DNA from: a virus
Lineage: Duplodnaviria > Caudoviricetes
Virus record (IMG/VR): IMGVR_UViG_3300024344_003081
Strand: one strand, 5' to 3'
Length of the DNA: 64,000 nt
Shown here: piece by piece, positions 8,893 to 17,605 of the stretch
Position numbering within the stretch: position 1 is the stretch's first letter
How the letters are laid out: each line of letters opens with the position of its first letter
The notes under the pieces: generated by a model
Told to the model about the DNA's origin: nothing
The model's database searches: none
What the model saw: only the letters and a program-made list of their open reading frames with translations
Position numbers and translations under genes: made by a program

Positions 8893-10746
8893 TCAACGAG
8901 CCCCATCAAATAAACCATCACCCATATAATTAAAGTCTACATTTTGTTGAATATCAGATCGAACAGTATTATGAGTAGTTTCTTGTAAAACTACATTATC
9001 TCCTCCTCCTCCTCGATTAACTGATCTTCTTCTTGTCTCTTCCCATTGTGCCAATATTTGTTGTGCTTTTAATTCACGTAGTTTATGCAATTGGTCCACA
9101 TCTACATTTCCTGCTTCTAACAATTTTTGCATAACTAGACTATTTTTTAATGCTCCTGGACCAATTTGATGATCTGGAATAGGTGGAGCGTTTTTACCTG
9201 GAAACCATATATCCCATAAACCTCCAGCATTTTTTATTGCTGAAAGTATCGTTGACAGTCCTAAACTGGTTGTTGGACTAACTCCTTGAGCCCGTAATGC
9301 ATCATCTATTACTTCTAAATCTTGTTGAGCTTGATGCATTTTTGTCTGTGTAGTTTGAGCCCCCCCATATGTAGCAAGTTCTTCTTCCAATTTCGCCGCT
9401 ACTACTGCTTTCTTTTTGGATATACCAAAAAGTGCATCAAGTTCATCAGTCACGACTTGCAATGCATATCCTAGTGCCGCTCCTAAAATCATACCTCCAA
9501 GTATTCCAGGTATACTTCCTGCAGTTAAAAATGCACCAGCTATACCGCCCAAAGCTCCCCCAGCAACCATTTTCCTAGCATATGGACTGGCTTTAAAATA
9601 TTCAACTAAAGCCTTTTTATAGGCATTTGCCATTCCTTTTCCTTCAGCTTTGTCAATTCTTAATGCTTCTGCTAAGACTGGTCCTGCTAATAGTCCAGCT
9701 CCAGCTCCAAGTATTAAACCAGCCATCATTCCTGCTGGACCAAATTTACTTAATACTAATGCACCAAAAAGTGCGCCACCTCCAGGAGCAAATTCTAAAA
9801 CACCTTTCATTTGATCACTTGAAAACCATTTCACTAAACCTGCAGTCATTGCCGATTTCCAATCTGCTCCAGTAGCTCTTTCTATCTCCATCATTTCTTT
9901 TATTGTACCAGCACCTATTATTCCAATACCTGCTCCAAGAATTGCTCCAGCCACCATTCCTGCAGGACCAAATAACATTCCCATTTTACCAAACAGAGCC
10001 GCCCCGCCCAATCCCATATAAGGAATAAAATTTTTGTATAAATGCTCTTTCACTTTATTCATTACATTTTTGGAATCTACTTTTGATTTATCTTCTGCAA
10101 AAATATGATTTAATCCAGTTAATGCCCCTCCAAGTACTCCGCCAATTATTGCTCCTCTTGGTCCCAATAAACCAAAACCGATCAAAGCTCCTTTTCCAGC
10201 ACCTCCTGCCGCGGCTTCAGCAAGTGATTTATATGCTCCTCCTGATGGAGAAAAAAATGAATCTATAAATGCTCTAACGCCACCACTAAAGGTGTCTTGA
10301 TCAAATCCTGCTTGTAATGCTTGAACTAATGCTGGTCCTGCAACGAGTAAAGCAATACCTCTTGCTAATTTGGGCAATAGTGCCATACCTAAAGATGCGG
10401 GCATGAATCTTCTTAATCCTCCAGGAATTCCCATAAGTGCAGTAGATAAGAAATTTCCCAACATTCCCATGAAACCCTTTCCTGAGAATCTTGGTAAATT
10501 CATCTTGGATTTCATATTTAATTCTTTTCTGCCTTCTTTTTTTTCCTCAAGTTCGTTTTCTCTATCTTTTCGGTCCTTAACTTTATCTGCATTTACCCCT
10601 TTTAGCAGAAGTCCTCTCATACTGTATAATAAAGCGGACTGTACTTCCATCTGTTTTTCGATGGTTGCAATATTATTTTTATTTTGATCTTTTAGTTCAT
10701 TGACAAGATTTTGAAAATGAGAATAATTGTGGGGTTTACGTGCCAT
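8893..10746 (-). CDS. Tape measure protein (gp29 analogue)
   Basis: 617 aa, Gly/Ala-rich hydrophobic repeats (FGPAGMVAGAILGAG type); immediately downstream of gp26/gp51. Confidence 0.75.
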   Translation of the reverse strand: MARKPHNYSHFQNLVNELKDQNKNNIATIEKQMEVQSALLYSMRGLLLKGVNADKVKDRKDRENELEEKKEGRKELNMKSKMNLPRFSGKGFMGMLGNFLSTALMGIPGGLRRFMPASLGMALLPKLARGIALLVAGPALVQALQAGFDQDTFSGGVRAFIDSFFSPSGGAYKSLAEAAAGGAGKGALIGFGLLGPRGAIIGGVLGGALTGLNHIFAEDKSKVDSKNVMNKVKEHLYKNFIPYMGLGGAALFGKMGMLFGPAGMVAGAILGAGIGIIGAGTIKEMMEIERATGADWKSAMTAGLVKWFSSDQMKGVLEFAPGGGALFGALVLSKFGPAGMMAGLILGAGAGLLAGPVLAEALRIDKAEGKGMANAYKKALVEYFKASPYARKMVAGGALGGIAGAFLTAGSIPGILGGMILGAALGYALQVVTDELDALFGISKKKAVVAAKLEEELATYGGAQTTQTKMHQAQQDLEVIDDALRAQGVSPTTSLGLSTILSAIKNAGGLWDIWFPGKNAPPIPDHQIGPGALKNSLVMQKLLEAGNVDVDQLHKLRELKAQQILAQWEETRRRSVNRGGGGDNVVLQETTHNTVRSDIQQNVDFNYMGDGLFDGAR

Positions 10747-10748
10747 TA

Positions 10749-10937
10749 TTAGGCCCTTCTTTCTTGATCTTTTTGTTTACTATTTTCTTGTTCTATATGA
10801 GCAATTAGCATTTCTACGTATATGTCTCTTTCAAAAGGCATTAAATTTTCTATTTCTGTTAAACTATATTTATGATGTTGCATCAATTGAAACGTTAGTT
10901 GATAATAGTTTGCTAAAGTATTATGACTACACATCAT
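10749..10937 (-). CDS. gp51: gp51-like baseplate hub assembly catalyst (short form); probable T segment of a frameshift product
   Basis: YYQLTFQLMQHHKYSLTEIENLMPFERDIY motif; ATG overlaps the gp26 TGA. Confidence 0.85.
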   Translation of the reverse strand: MMCSHNTLANYYQLTFQLMQHHKYSLTEIENLMPFERDIYVEMLIAHIEQENSKQKDQERRA

Positions 10938-11677
10938 AAAAAAAAATCGCCAATTCCATTCAAAGTTTGTTTTTCATGACATTTACATTTAGAACATGTA
11001 AATTCAATATCGTGTAATATAGCAGGCATTGTGCCAAAAAACAGTTTAAGTTTTTCAAATTGATCACTTGATAAACTACTAATAAATTCTTCCAGTTCTT
11101 CTTTATTATATTCACCTGCATTAAATACTTCTTCACCAGAATATATGTTATCAATACAATCAATAACAATACTAAACAATTCTGCTACAGTTGAAGTTTT
11201 TTCATTTTCCATGTCTGCTAAACGATTATAAACTTCCATTGTTGGATATTTCATTTCAACAGTAATTGTATCTGTTAATTTAATGTTCTTAGAATGTTTA
11301 TCGTTTGTAGTAAGTTTTATATCAGCAAGATTTATTTTTACTTTTGTTTGAGCATCACAAGATTCCCCATTACTATTTGTTTCTTCTCGATGTTTTATCA
11401 TTAGTTCAACAACTTCACCAACAGATTTTGCTCTTATATTTAATAATGCCATCTGTAAATCAAATAATGGTAATTCTTCAGCATTTACTTCTTCTGATAA
11501 AATACAATTATTGATTATTTGTTTTGAAGTTCTTACTATTTCATCTTGTTCTCCCCCCTCCATAGCCATCAATAAAAGTTTCTCTTCTTTGACTAGAAAG
11601 GGTCTGTAAGTTACTGGTTTTTTTATTGAAGTCAAGTTCATTGTAAATGTAGGTGCTTCAATTTTGGGTAAACTCAT
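10934..11677 (-). CDS. gp26: gp26-like baseplate hub/tail assembly chaperone
   Basis: LPKI, YRPFLVKEEKLLLMA, IRAKSVGE, MKYP, CSKC and GIGDFF terminal motifs. Confidence 0.9.
   Translation of the reverse strand: MSLPKIEAPTFTMNLTSIKKPVTYRPFLVKEEKLLLMAMEGGEQDEIVRTSKQIINNCILSEEVNAEELPLFDLQMALLNIRAKSVGEVVELMIKHREETNSNGESCDAQTKVKINLADIKLTTNDKHSKNIKLTDTITVEMKYPTMEVYNRLADMENEKTSTVAELFSIVIDCIDNIYSGEEVFNAGEYNKEELEEFISSLSSDQFEKLKLFFGTMPAILHDIEFTCSKCKCHEKQTLNGIGDFFL
10938..10946 (-). promoter_or_regulatory. Candidate -1 ribosomal slippery site (U9) at the gp26/gp51 junction
   Basis: Minus strand GAT TTT TTT TTA TGA; the -1 frame reads TTT TTT TTT ATG ATG TGT into gp51. Confidence 0.65.
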
Positions 11678-11702
11678 TATATCTCCATTTTTTAATTATT
11701 TT

Positions 11703-12245
11703 TTACGCAACACTAGGGGGATTGGCTCCAGTTGAAATTCTGCTCATTTCCCATTTTCGATATGCAAAGGTAACACTAAGTCTTGCATATTCATTATTTT
11801 GTGACCATCCCAAATTTATTGCTCCCACATTTAGGGGAAATGCTTCTCTAAATCTTATTCCATAACTTCTAACATTTTCTTCTGTAAATGTTCTTAACCA
11901 AATATCAGTTGTATAATCATTATAATATGAAGCATCATATAGATCGGGATCAACTATATCATTTTGCCAATTGTCAAAAAACTCTTTTTCTTTCCATCCC
12001 TCTGCAGAACAAATAAATGTCATTGTAGTATCAATGAACATTTGACCATAACCTATTTTTCTTACTGGTCCATATAATTTATCTTCAACTGTAAGCATAG
12101 TTTTACCAGGAAGTTCTGCTTGTTCGCATTGAAATACGCTAAAATCAGAATCTTGTCTACCGATATAGACTTCATATCTATTTAATGGTGCGGGACCATG
12201 TTTAACATTTAATTTGCTTCTAAAATTATCTACACTTAAAGGCAT
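11703..12245 (-). CDS. Tail-tube-fold protein (gp54/gp19-like tube initiator)
   Basis: NRYEV, CEQAELPG, FFDNWQ, EAFP, LSVTFAYRKW motifs shared with the gp19 family. Confidence 0.75.
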   Translation of the reverse strand: MPLSVDNFRSKLNVKHGPAPLNRYEVYIGRQDSDFSVFQCEQAELPGKTMLTVEDKLYGPVRKIGYGQMFIDTTMTFICSAEGWKEKEFFDNWQNDIVDPDLYDASYYNDYTTDIWLRTFTEENVRSYGIRFREAFPLNVGAINLGWSQNNEYARLSVTFAYRKWEMSRISTGANPPSVA

Positions 12246-12826
12246 TAAATCATTCTCCTACTATCTCCCCAAACAACGAGTTTGTTTTCTTTTTTGAATC
12301 TTTCTGTTGGTAAAAATAATGCAATTTCTTTTTCATCATCATCTACAATTACAACTCTAGATGTTATGTGTTTATATAGATATCTTTTTACTGTTGGTTT
12401 AATTTGTTTAATTCTTGCAAGTCCTTCATAATTTACTGATTTTGACCGATCAATAGCATCCATTAATTTTGCCCTAAGTAATGGAGGAAGATAATGAAAA
12501 TTTAAACCAAGAAAACCATTTCCATACATTTTTACGCACATGATTAATGGGAATCTATCATAATACTTCATTTTATCTTTAGTTTTTGGATCATAAAAAT
12601 ATGATGCCATTGCACCAGGTGCTATTGTTCCCTTACCTGATTTTTTAGCAGTTTTATAAAATTCATCTGCAGTATCTACTTCACTAAATCTACTTCTTAA
12701 TTCTGCTCTTAAAGCGCCAACTTTTCTGCGAAACCATTGTGATGCATTACTTGTTCTTGGTTGTCCTTCATTTCTTCTTATTGCAGTCTTTAATTTATCT
12801 AAAAACGTTTGATCTTGTTGTGCCAT
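12245..12826 (-). CDS. gp2: DNA end protector gp2
   Basis: YFYDPKTK..YYDRFPLI, GFLGLNFHYLPP, EIALFLP. Confidence 0.92.
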   Translation of the reverse strand: MAQQDQTFLDKLKTAIRRNEGQPRTSNASQWFRRKVGALRAELRSRFSEVDTADEFYKTAKKSGKGTIAPGAMASYFYDPKTKDKMKYYDRFPLIMCVKMYGNGFLGLNFHYLPPLLRAKLMDAIDRSKSVNYEGLARIKQIKPTVKRYLYKHITSRVVIVDDDEKEIALFLPTERFKKENKLVVWGDSRRMI

Positions 12827-12831
12827 AATTA

Positions 12832-12838
12832 TATTTAG
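12832..12838 (-). promoter_or_regulatory. Late promoter variant CTAAATA upstream of gp2
   Basis: TATTTAG on + strand, 5 nt from the gp2 start codon. Confidence 0.5.
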
Positions 12839-13270
12839 TTAAAAAAGATGATCTTCTGTAATGATTTTAAATCTCCATTTTCTGTCGCTACAATACTCTG
12901 TAGCCGCTTTCCATTTTGCTTCATTTACACCAAATGTGTATACTTCAGATAAATATCTTCTAGTGATTCTTTTAGGTTTTTTGGGTTGTGATAGTTGCTT
13001 TTTGGGTTTAACTTCTATAAGCACACATTCTGTTAATCCATTTTCTTTTTTTATTTTGATCCAAAAATCAGGAAAATATCTATGTATTCGTTTATCAATA
13101 GGAGATTTGTAGGGAACAACTATCTCTTCACTTGACCATTCAATAACATCGGGATTGTTTTCACAATAATTCATGAATTTTTTTTCCCATAAAGAACGGT
13201 AAGTAACTTTAGTAGGATCTCCCCGATATTTTTTCAAATTTTTTATTTTATATTTTCCTTTGTAACTCAT
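12839..13270 (-). CDS. gp4: Head completion nuclease gp4 (TnsA-like)
   Basis: MSYKGKY..N.KKYRGDPT..YRSLWE, HRYFPDF, IEVKP, NEAKW; start placed at MSYKG (13270), not the longer ORF-track start. Confidence 0.93.
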   Translation of the reverse strand: MSYKGKYKIKNLKKYRGDPTKVTYRSLWEKKFMNYCENNPDVIEWSSEEIVVPYKSPIDKRIHRYFPDFWIKIKKENGLTECVLIEVKPKKQLSQPKKPKRITRRYLSEVYTFGVNEAKWKAATEYCSDRKWRFKIITEDHLF

Positions 13271-13271
13271 G

Positions 13272-13278
13272 CTAAATA
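13272..13278 (+). promoter_or_regulatory. Late promoter variant CTAAATA for the baseplate operon
   Basis: CTAAATA followed by GAGGAG RBS and ATG 13305. Confidence 0.55.
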
Positions 13279-13304
13279 TTATGTATATAACGTAGAGGAG
13301 AATA

Positions 13305-14192
13305 ATGGCCCAGAATCCGGCAACCAAATTAAGAGAAGTAGTAAATGTAAAAACTGGTGTTAGAATATATAGATTTCCAGAAAATATAGGATCAACTACA
13401 GCAGAACCAGAATCAAGAAAATTTTGTTTATTTCGTTTTCATAATGTAGATGATAGTGGAAATCCAGGAGAAACATCTACTTGTGTAGTATTGCCTTTTC
13501 CAGAAATAAATGATGCGATTAATATAAAATATGAGAATGTTGAATTTGATGTTGTTGGAGCAATTGCAGTAGGGGCCTCGGCGGGAAATGTAAGTATAGA
13601 TCGTTTATCGGATATTGCAAAAACAGGATTAAAATCTTTTAATAGAGATTCTTTTGCACGAATAGCCGCAGATACAGTATTAAGTGGAACTCCTGGACTA
13701 AAAGCAGGAGTTGCAAAAGGATTAAATACAATACAAAATCCTTATATTACAAACGTATTTAATAGTTCAGGATTTAGAGATTTTTCTTTTACTTTTACTC
13801 TTATACCAAAAAGGGCTCATGAAAGTGATCATATACAAGATATTATTAGAACTTTTAAAGAAGCAATGTTACCCGAAAAAAAATTAATAAAAGAAGGAAG
13901 AAATATAAATCAGAGTACAGGAATTATAAAAATGCCAGATAAAGTTGATATTACTTTTTTTCCTACTACAGGAGCAGATTATAACAAAAATAAATCAATA
14001 ATAAAAATTCGAAATGCAGTCGTAACAGATTTGACAGTTGAATTTTCATCAGGAACACAAAATCCTACTTTTTTTAAAGACACGGGTGCTCCTTTATCTG
14101 CAGTATTGAATGTATCAGTTAAAGAAACCGAAATTTATACTAAAGAAAGTCTTATAAAAGATTATCCAGAACACAGAAAGGATTTCAAATAG
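13305..14192 (+). CDS. gp48: Baseplate tail-tube cap gp48-like, copy 1
   Basis: YRFP, NPYITNVF..FRDFSFTFTLIPK..ES..I..IIRTFKEAMLP motif. Confidence 0.75.
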   Translation: MAQNPATKLREVVNVKTGVRIYRFPENIGSTTAEPESRKFCLFRFHNVDDSGNPGETSTCVVLPFPEINDAINIKYENVEFDVVGAIAVGASAGNVSIDRLSDIAKTGLKSFNRDSFARIAADTVLSGTPGLKAGVAKGLNTIQNPYITNVFNSSGFRDFSFTFTLIPKRAHESDHIQDIIRTFKEAMLPEKKLIKEGRNINQSTGIIKMPDKVDITFFPTTGADYNKNKSIIKIRNAVVTDLTVEFSSGTQNPTFFKDTGAPLSAVLNVSVKETEIYTKESLIKDYPEHRKDFK

Positions 14193-14196
14193 TAAA

Positions 14197-15267
14197 ATGG
14201 AACCATATGCTAATTTGAATAGAATAGTAGGACTTAAAAAAAGATATGAATATCCTAAAGGTATAGGTAGTACTAAAGGACTACATCATTTTATGTTAAT
14301 AAAAGAATTAAGATGGAAAAAACCTGAAAAAGGAAGTGATGCGTTTAGTGGAAGTGGAATAACAAATTTTGAAAATGTTACTGGTGGAAATGAATCAAAA
14401 GATTTTTATGAACCTGGGAAAAATTTTATTTTACATTTGCCACCTGGTTCATTAAAAACACAATATTCTGCTGATTATGCTGATGTAAATTTGGGTATTT
14501 TTGGAGATATATTATCACAAAATGCAATGCAAATAACAGAAGATATGAAAACACATTTTTCAGAATTTGCAAAAGGTGATACAGGATTTATACAAAATAC
14601 GATGAAAATGTATAATGAATTAAGAAAAGATATGACAGATAAAATTATGCCATATTATGATAGTGAAGATTTTAAAGGAGATTTTGTAAATAGAATTAGA
14701 TTTAATGTAGCAACCGCTGTTGGTGCTTTAGCTCCTTCACAGGCAAAAGGAGAACAAATAGCATCTATGTCTATGAGAGCGGCAAGAAATCCATATACTT
14801 CTCTCATATTTACAGGAATAAAAAAATTACGAACACATAATTTTAATTTTGAATTTAATCCTAAAGATGCAAACGAATCTAGTACTCTTATGTCAATTAT
14901 ATTAAATTTAAAATATGGAATGTTACCAGGATTAGATAGATTAACTATTAAAAAAGGAGCGAATTCAAATATTATTGCTCAAACACCAACTGCTCATCCA
15001 GATCATAAACGTATGCATACTATGTCTATTCAAAATGAAATGAATTCTGCTTTTTTTACTTATCCCCATAATTATAGAATTCAATTTTTTAGTAATGCTG
15101 GAGAGAACAAATATTTGTATCGTATAGGAAATTCTTTTTTAGTATCACTTAAAGCAAAATATGCACCTAGATTTTTTGAAGAAAATGGAATGCCAACAAC
15201 AATAGGTTTACAACTTCAGTTTAAAGAAAACTTTGCTATTGATAGATCACAAGCGGAGACTTACTAA
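14197..15267 (+). CDS. gp48: Baseplate tail-tube cap gp48-like, copy 2
   Basis: YEYP, LHLPP, NPYTSLIFTG..RTHNFNFEFNPK..ES, FTYP, LQFKE motifs. Confidence 0.75.
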   Translation: MEPYANLNRIVGLKKRYEYPKGIGSTKGLHHFMLIKELRWKKPEKGSDAFSGSGITNFENVTGGNESKDFYEPGKNFILHLPPGSLKTQYSADYADVNLGIFGDILSQNAMQITEDMKTHFSEFAKGDTGFIQNTMKMYNELRKDMTDKIMPYYDSEDFKGDFVNRIRFNVATAVGALAPSQAKGEQIASMSMRAARNPYTSLIFTGIKKLRTHNFNFEFNPKDANESSTLMSIILNLKYGMLPGLDRLTIKKGANSNIIAQTPTAHPDHKRMHTMSIQNEMNSAFFTYPHNYRIQFFSNAGENKYLYRIGNSFLVSLKAKYAPRFFEENGMPTTIGLQLQFKENFAIDRSQAETY

Positions 15268-15845
15268 TGTCAGATTTTTTTAAGAATTATAGTACATTTT
15301 ATTATAATATGGATAAGGTTAAACCAATTAGAGGGAAACTTGCGACAAATTTATTGTCTAGAGTAAACATAACTAATGAAGTTTTAAAAAATGTTAGATC
15401 ATATTATCCGTATCGAATAAAAGAACATGAAAGACCAGATATTATAGCACAAGAATATTATGGATCTAGTGATCTAGTTTTTTTAATATTTTTAGCAAAT
15501 AATATTCAAGATCCTTTATATGATTGGCCATTATTTGGAAACGAATTGACAAATCTTATTAAAGAAAAGTATGGTTCAGTTGATTCTGCAAAAACAGATG
15601 TGCATCATTATGAACAAATATTAAGAAGTGGTTCTAATAAAACAGTGGATACTCCTAAGATTTTAGAAAAAGTTGCGATTGTTGATAAAGAATCATATGA
15701 TCTTCTTGATGCAACAAAAAGAAAAATAATATACAATTATGATTATGAGATTATGAAAAACAATGCAAAAAAAGAAATTGTTTTAATAGAAAATACTTTT
15801 TCTAAACAAATTTTAACTGAACTAAGAAGTCTTTATGCTAATTAA
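15267..15845 (+). CDS. gp53: Baseplate wedge gp53 (LysM-like)
   Basis: ERPDIIAQEYYG, ANNI.DP.YDWP, KYGS, VHHYE. Confidence 0.92.
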   Translation: MSDFFKNYSTFYYNMDKVKPIRGKLATNLLSRVNITNEVLKNVRSYYPYRIKEHERPDIIAQEYYGSSDLVFLIFLANNIQDPLYDWPLFGNELTNLIKEKYGSVDSAKTDVHHYEQILRSGSNKTVDTPKILEKVAIVDKESYDLLDATKRKIIYNYDYEIMKNNAKKEIVLIENTFSKQILTELRSLYAN

Positions 15846-17605
15846 TGGAATATAATATGTCAGAATATTCAGATATAGGAACTTCAGAATTTAACAAATC
15901 CGAATCAAAATTTAGTACTGAAGCAGAATGGACATTAACCTTTATTAATTATAGGGGAAGAGAATATGTAGTTAATTCTGAAGAAAATTCAGTAATTCTT
16001 GGTTTTACAATAAACGAATCTTTATTTGAAAGTAATGTTATAACTGGTGATATAAAAATACTTGATGGTGCTGGATTAGATGAAAGAATTCCTATTATCG
16101 GACAAGAAAAAGTTCGTATTAAATTAAAAAATAAATTATTGGGTGGATCAATGTGGGATGCTGAATATACGATTATTAAAAGATCCGCCACTATAGAAGA
16201 TGGACCATCAAAGTTTTTTGTTTTGGATTTTTGTTCAGATGAATTTATTGCAAATTTAAGAAACAGAGTATCTAAATCATATAAATCACAATTAGCTTCT
16301 CATATAATTAAAGACATATATGATAATTATGTAAAAAATGATCATTTTGTAAAAGATCAAAAACTATTAAATTATGATGAAAAAGGAGATTCTGATGGAA
16401 CTTTTTATGGAATGCATTTTGTATTTCCTACAGTAAGACCTTTTAAAGCAATAAGCATGGTAGTTAAAAAATCTGTTGCTTCAAATGTTGAAATGAGGCA
16501 AAGACAAGTAAGTGCAAATTTTGGTAAATTTTTATTTTATGAAAATAAATTTGGTTTTTATTTTAAAGCATTGTCTGATTTATTACATCCCTTGGTAACA
16601 ACATCGGAAGCGGAAATTGAAGAATCGGAAATAGAAGCATTAGAATCACAGGGCACAGATTCTGGTCAACAAAATCCCCTTACTAGAGAAAAAGGAAAAA
16701 GAATAGCTCGTCCTCCTACGACATCATCAATTGAAATACCAGTAGCCTCTTATGTAATAAGACCAGCAGATCATATTGGTATATCTGCAGAAGAAAAAGA
16801 ATTTTTAGTTGTTCGATTTAAATTACAATCTACTTTTAATGTTTTAAATAATTTAGTAGAAGGAATGTATTCTGGAAGATTATTAACATATGATCCAACA
16901 ACTCAAAGAATAGGTTCTATAAATCAATCATCAGCTACACCATATATTCCTAAAGATGATAAAGAAGATGAAAGATTTACTAATGGTTTATATAAAGCAA
17001 ATCATAAGGCAACGTATTATGAATATGATTATTGGAATCAATTTTCAAATTTTAGACATGTTGGCGGTGAAAGAAATCCTCTAACAAATGATCATCATTA
17101 TGGAGTAGATAAATCTGAATCATTTTACAAATATGTATCAACAAATTTTAATCATAATGAAAAAATGATTACAAAATTATTGCAAAATGTTATGACAGAT
17201 AATGATAAGGGAGCAATTTCCGTAGACAAACAAGTAGAAAGATGGTTGATTCAGAGTTATTCTCAATCAAGACAATTGAAAAATATAATAACACAAGTAA
17301 CTGTGCCTGGTGATCATAATAGAGTTATTGGAGAAATAATAGAATTGAAATATCCTTCAAGTTATTATCCAAATGAAGAACATTCGTTTTATACAGGACA
17401 TTATTTAATAACAAAAATTCAACATATAATTACAAATAATAGTTATTTAACAACAATGGAATTAGCAAAAGATACATTATTTACTAGACTTTATAGACAT
17501 ATTTTTGATGATGCAAATGAAATGATATTTGATCCAGAAGCTGTGGTGGGTTTAGATCAAGGTCTTAATCCCAAACATGGTATGGAAGGAGGATATAGTG
17601 AATAG
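15845..17605 (+). CDS. Baseplate hub protein (gp27-like)
   Basis: INESLF..ITGDI.I.DG, RVSKSY, FLFYENKFGFYF, VPGD..GEIIEL, GHYLITKIQH; position between gp53 and gp5. Confidence 0.7.
   Translation: MEYNMSEYSDIGTSEFNKSESKFSTEAEWTLTFINYRGREYVVNSEENSVILGFTINESLFESNVITGDIKILDGAGLDERIPIIGQEKVRIKLKNKLLGGSMWDAEYTIIKRSATIEDGPSKFFVLDFCSDEFIANLRNRVSKSYKSQLASHIIKDIYDNYVKNDHFVKDQKLLNYDEKGDSDGTFYGMHFVFPTVRPFKAISMVVKKSVASNVEMRQRQVSANFGKFLFYENKFGFYFKALSDLLHPLVTTSEAEIEESEIEALESQGTDSGQQNPLTREKGKRIARPPTTSSIEIPVASYVIRPADHIGISAEEKEFLVVRFKLQSTFNVLNNLVEGMYSGRLLTYDPTTQRIGSINQSSATPYIPKDDKEDERFTNGLYKANHKATYYEYDYWNQFSNFRHVGGERNPLTNDHHYGVDKSESFYKYVSTNFNHNEKMITKLLQNVMTDNDKGAISVDKQVERWLIQSYSQSRQLKNIITQVTVPGDHNRVIGEIIELKYPSSYYPNEEHSFYTGHYLITKIQHIITNNSYLTTMELAKDTLFTRLYRHIFDDANEMIFDPEAVVGLDQGLNPKHGMEGGYSE

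Noticed and set aside
13271-13327. ORF-track N-terminal extension of gp4 (MVAGFWAIILLY...), which looks like a membrane anchor
   Set aside because: Overlaps the divergent gp48 start and promoter; the family start MSYKGKY is at 13270
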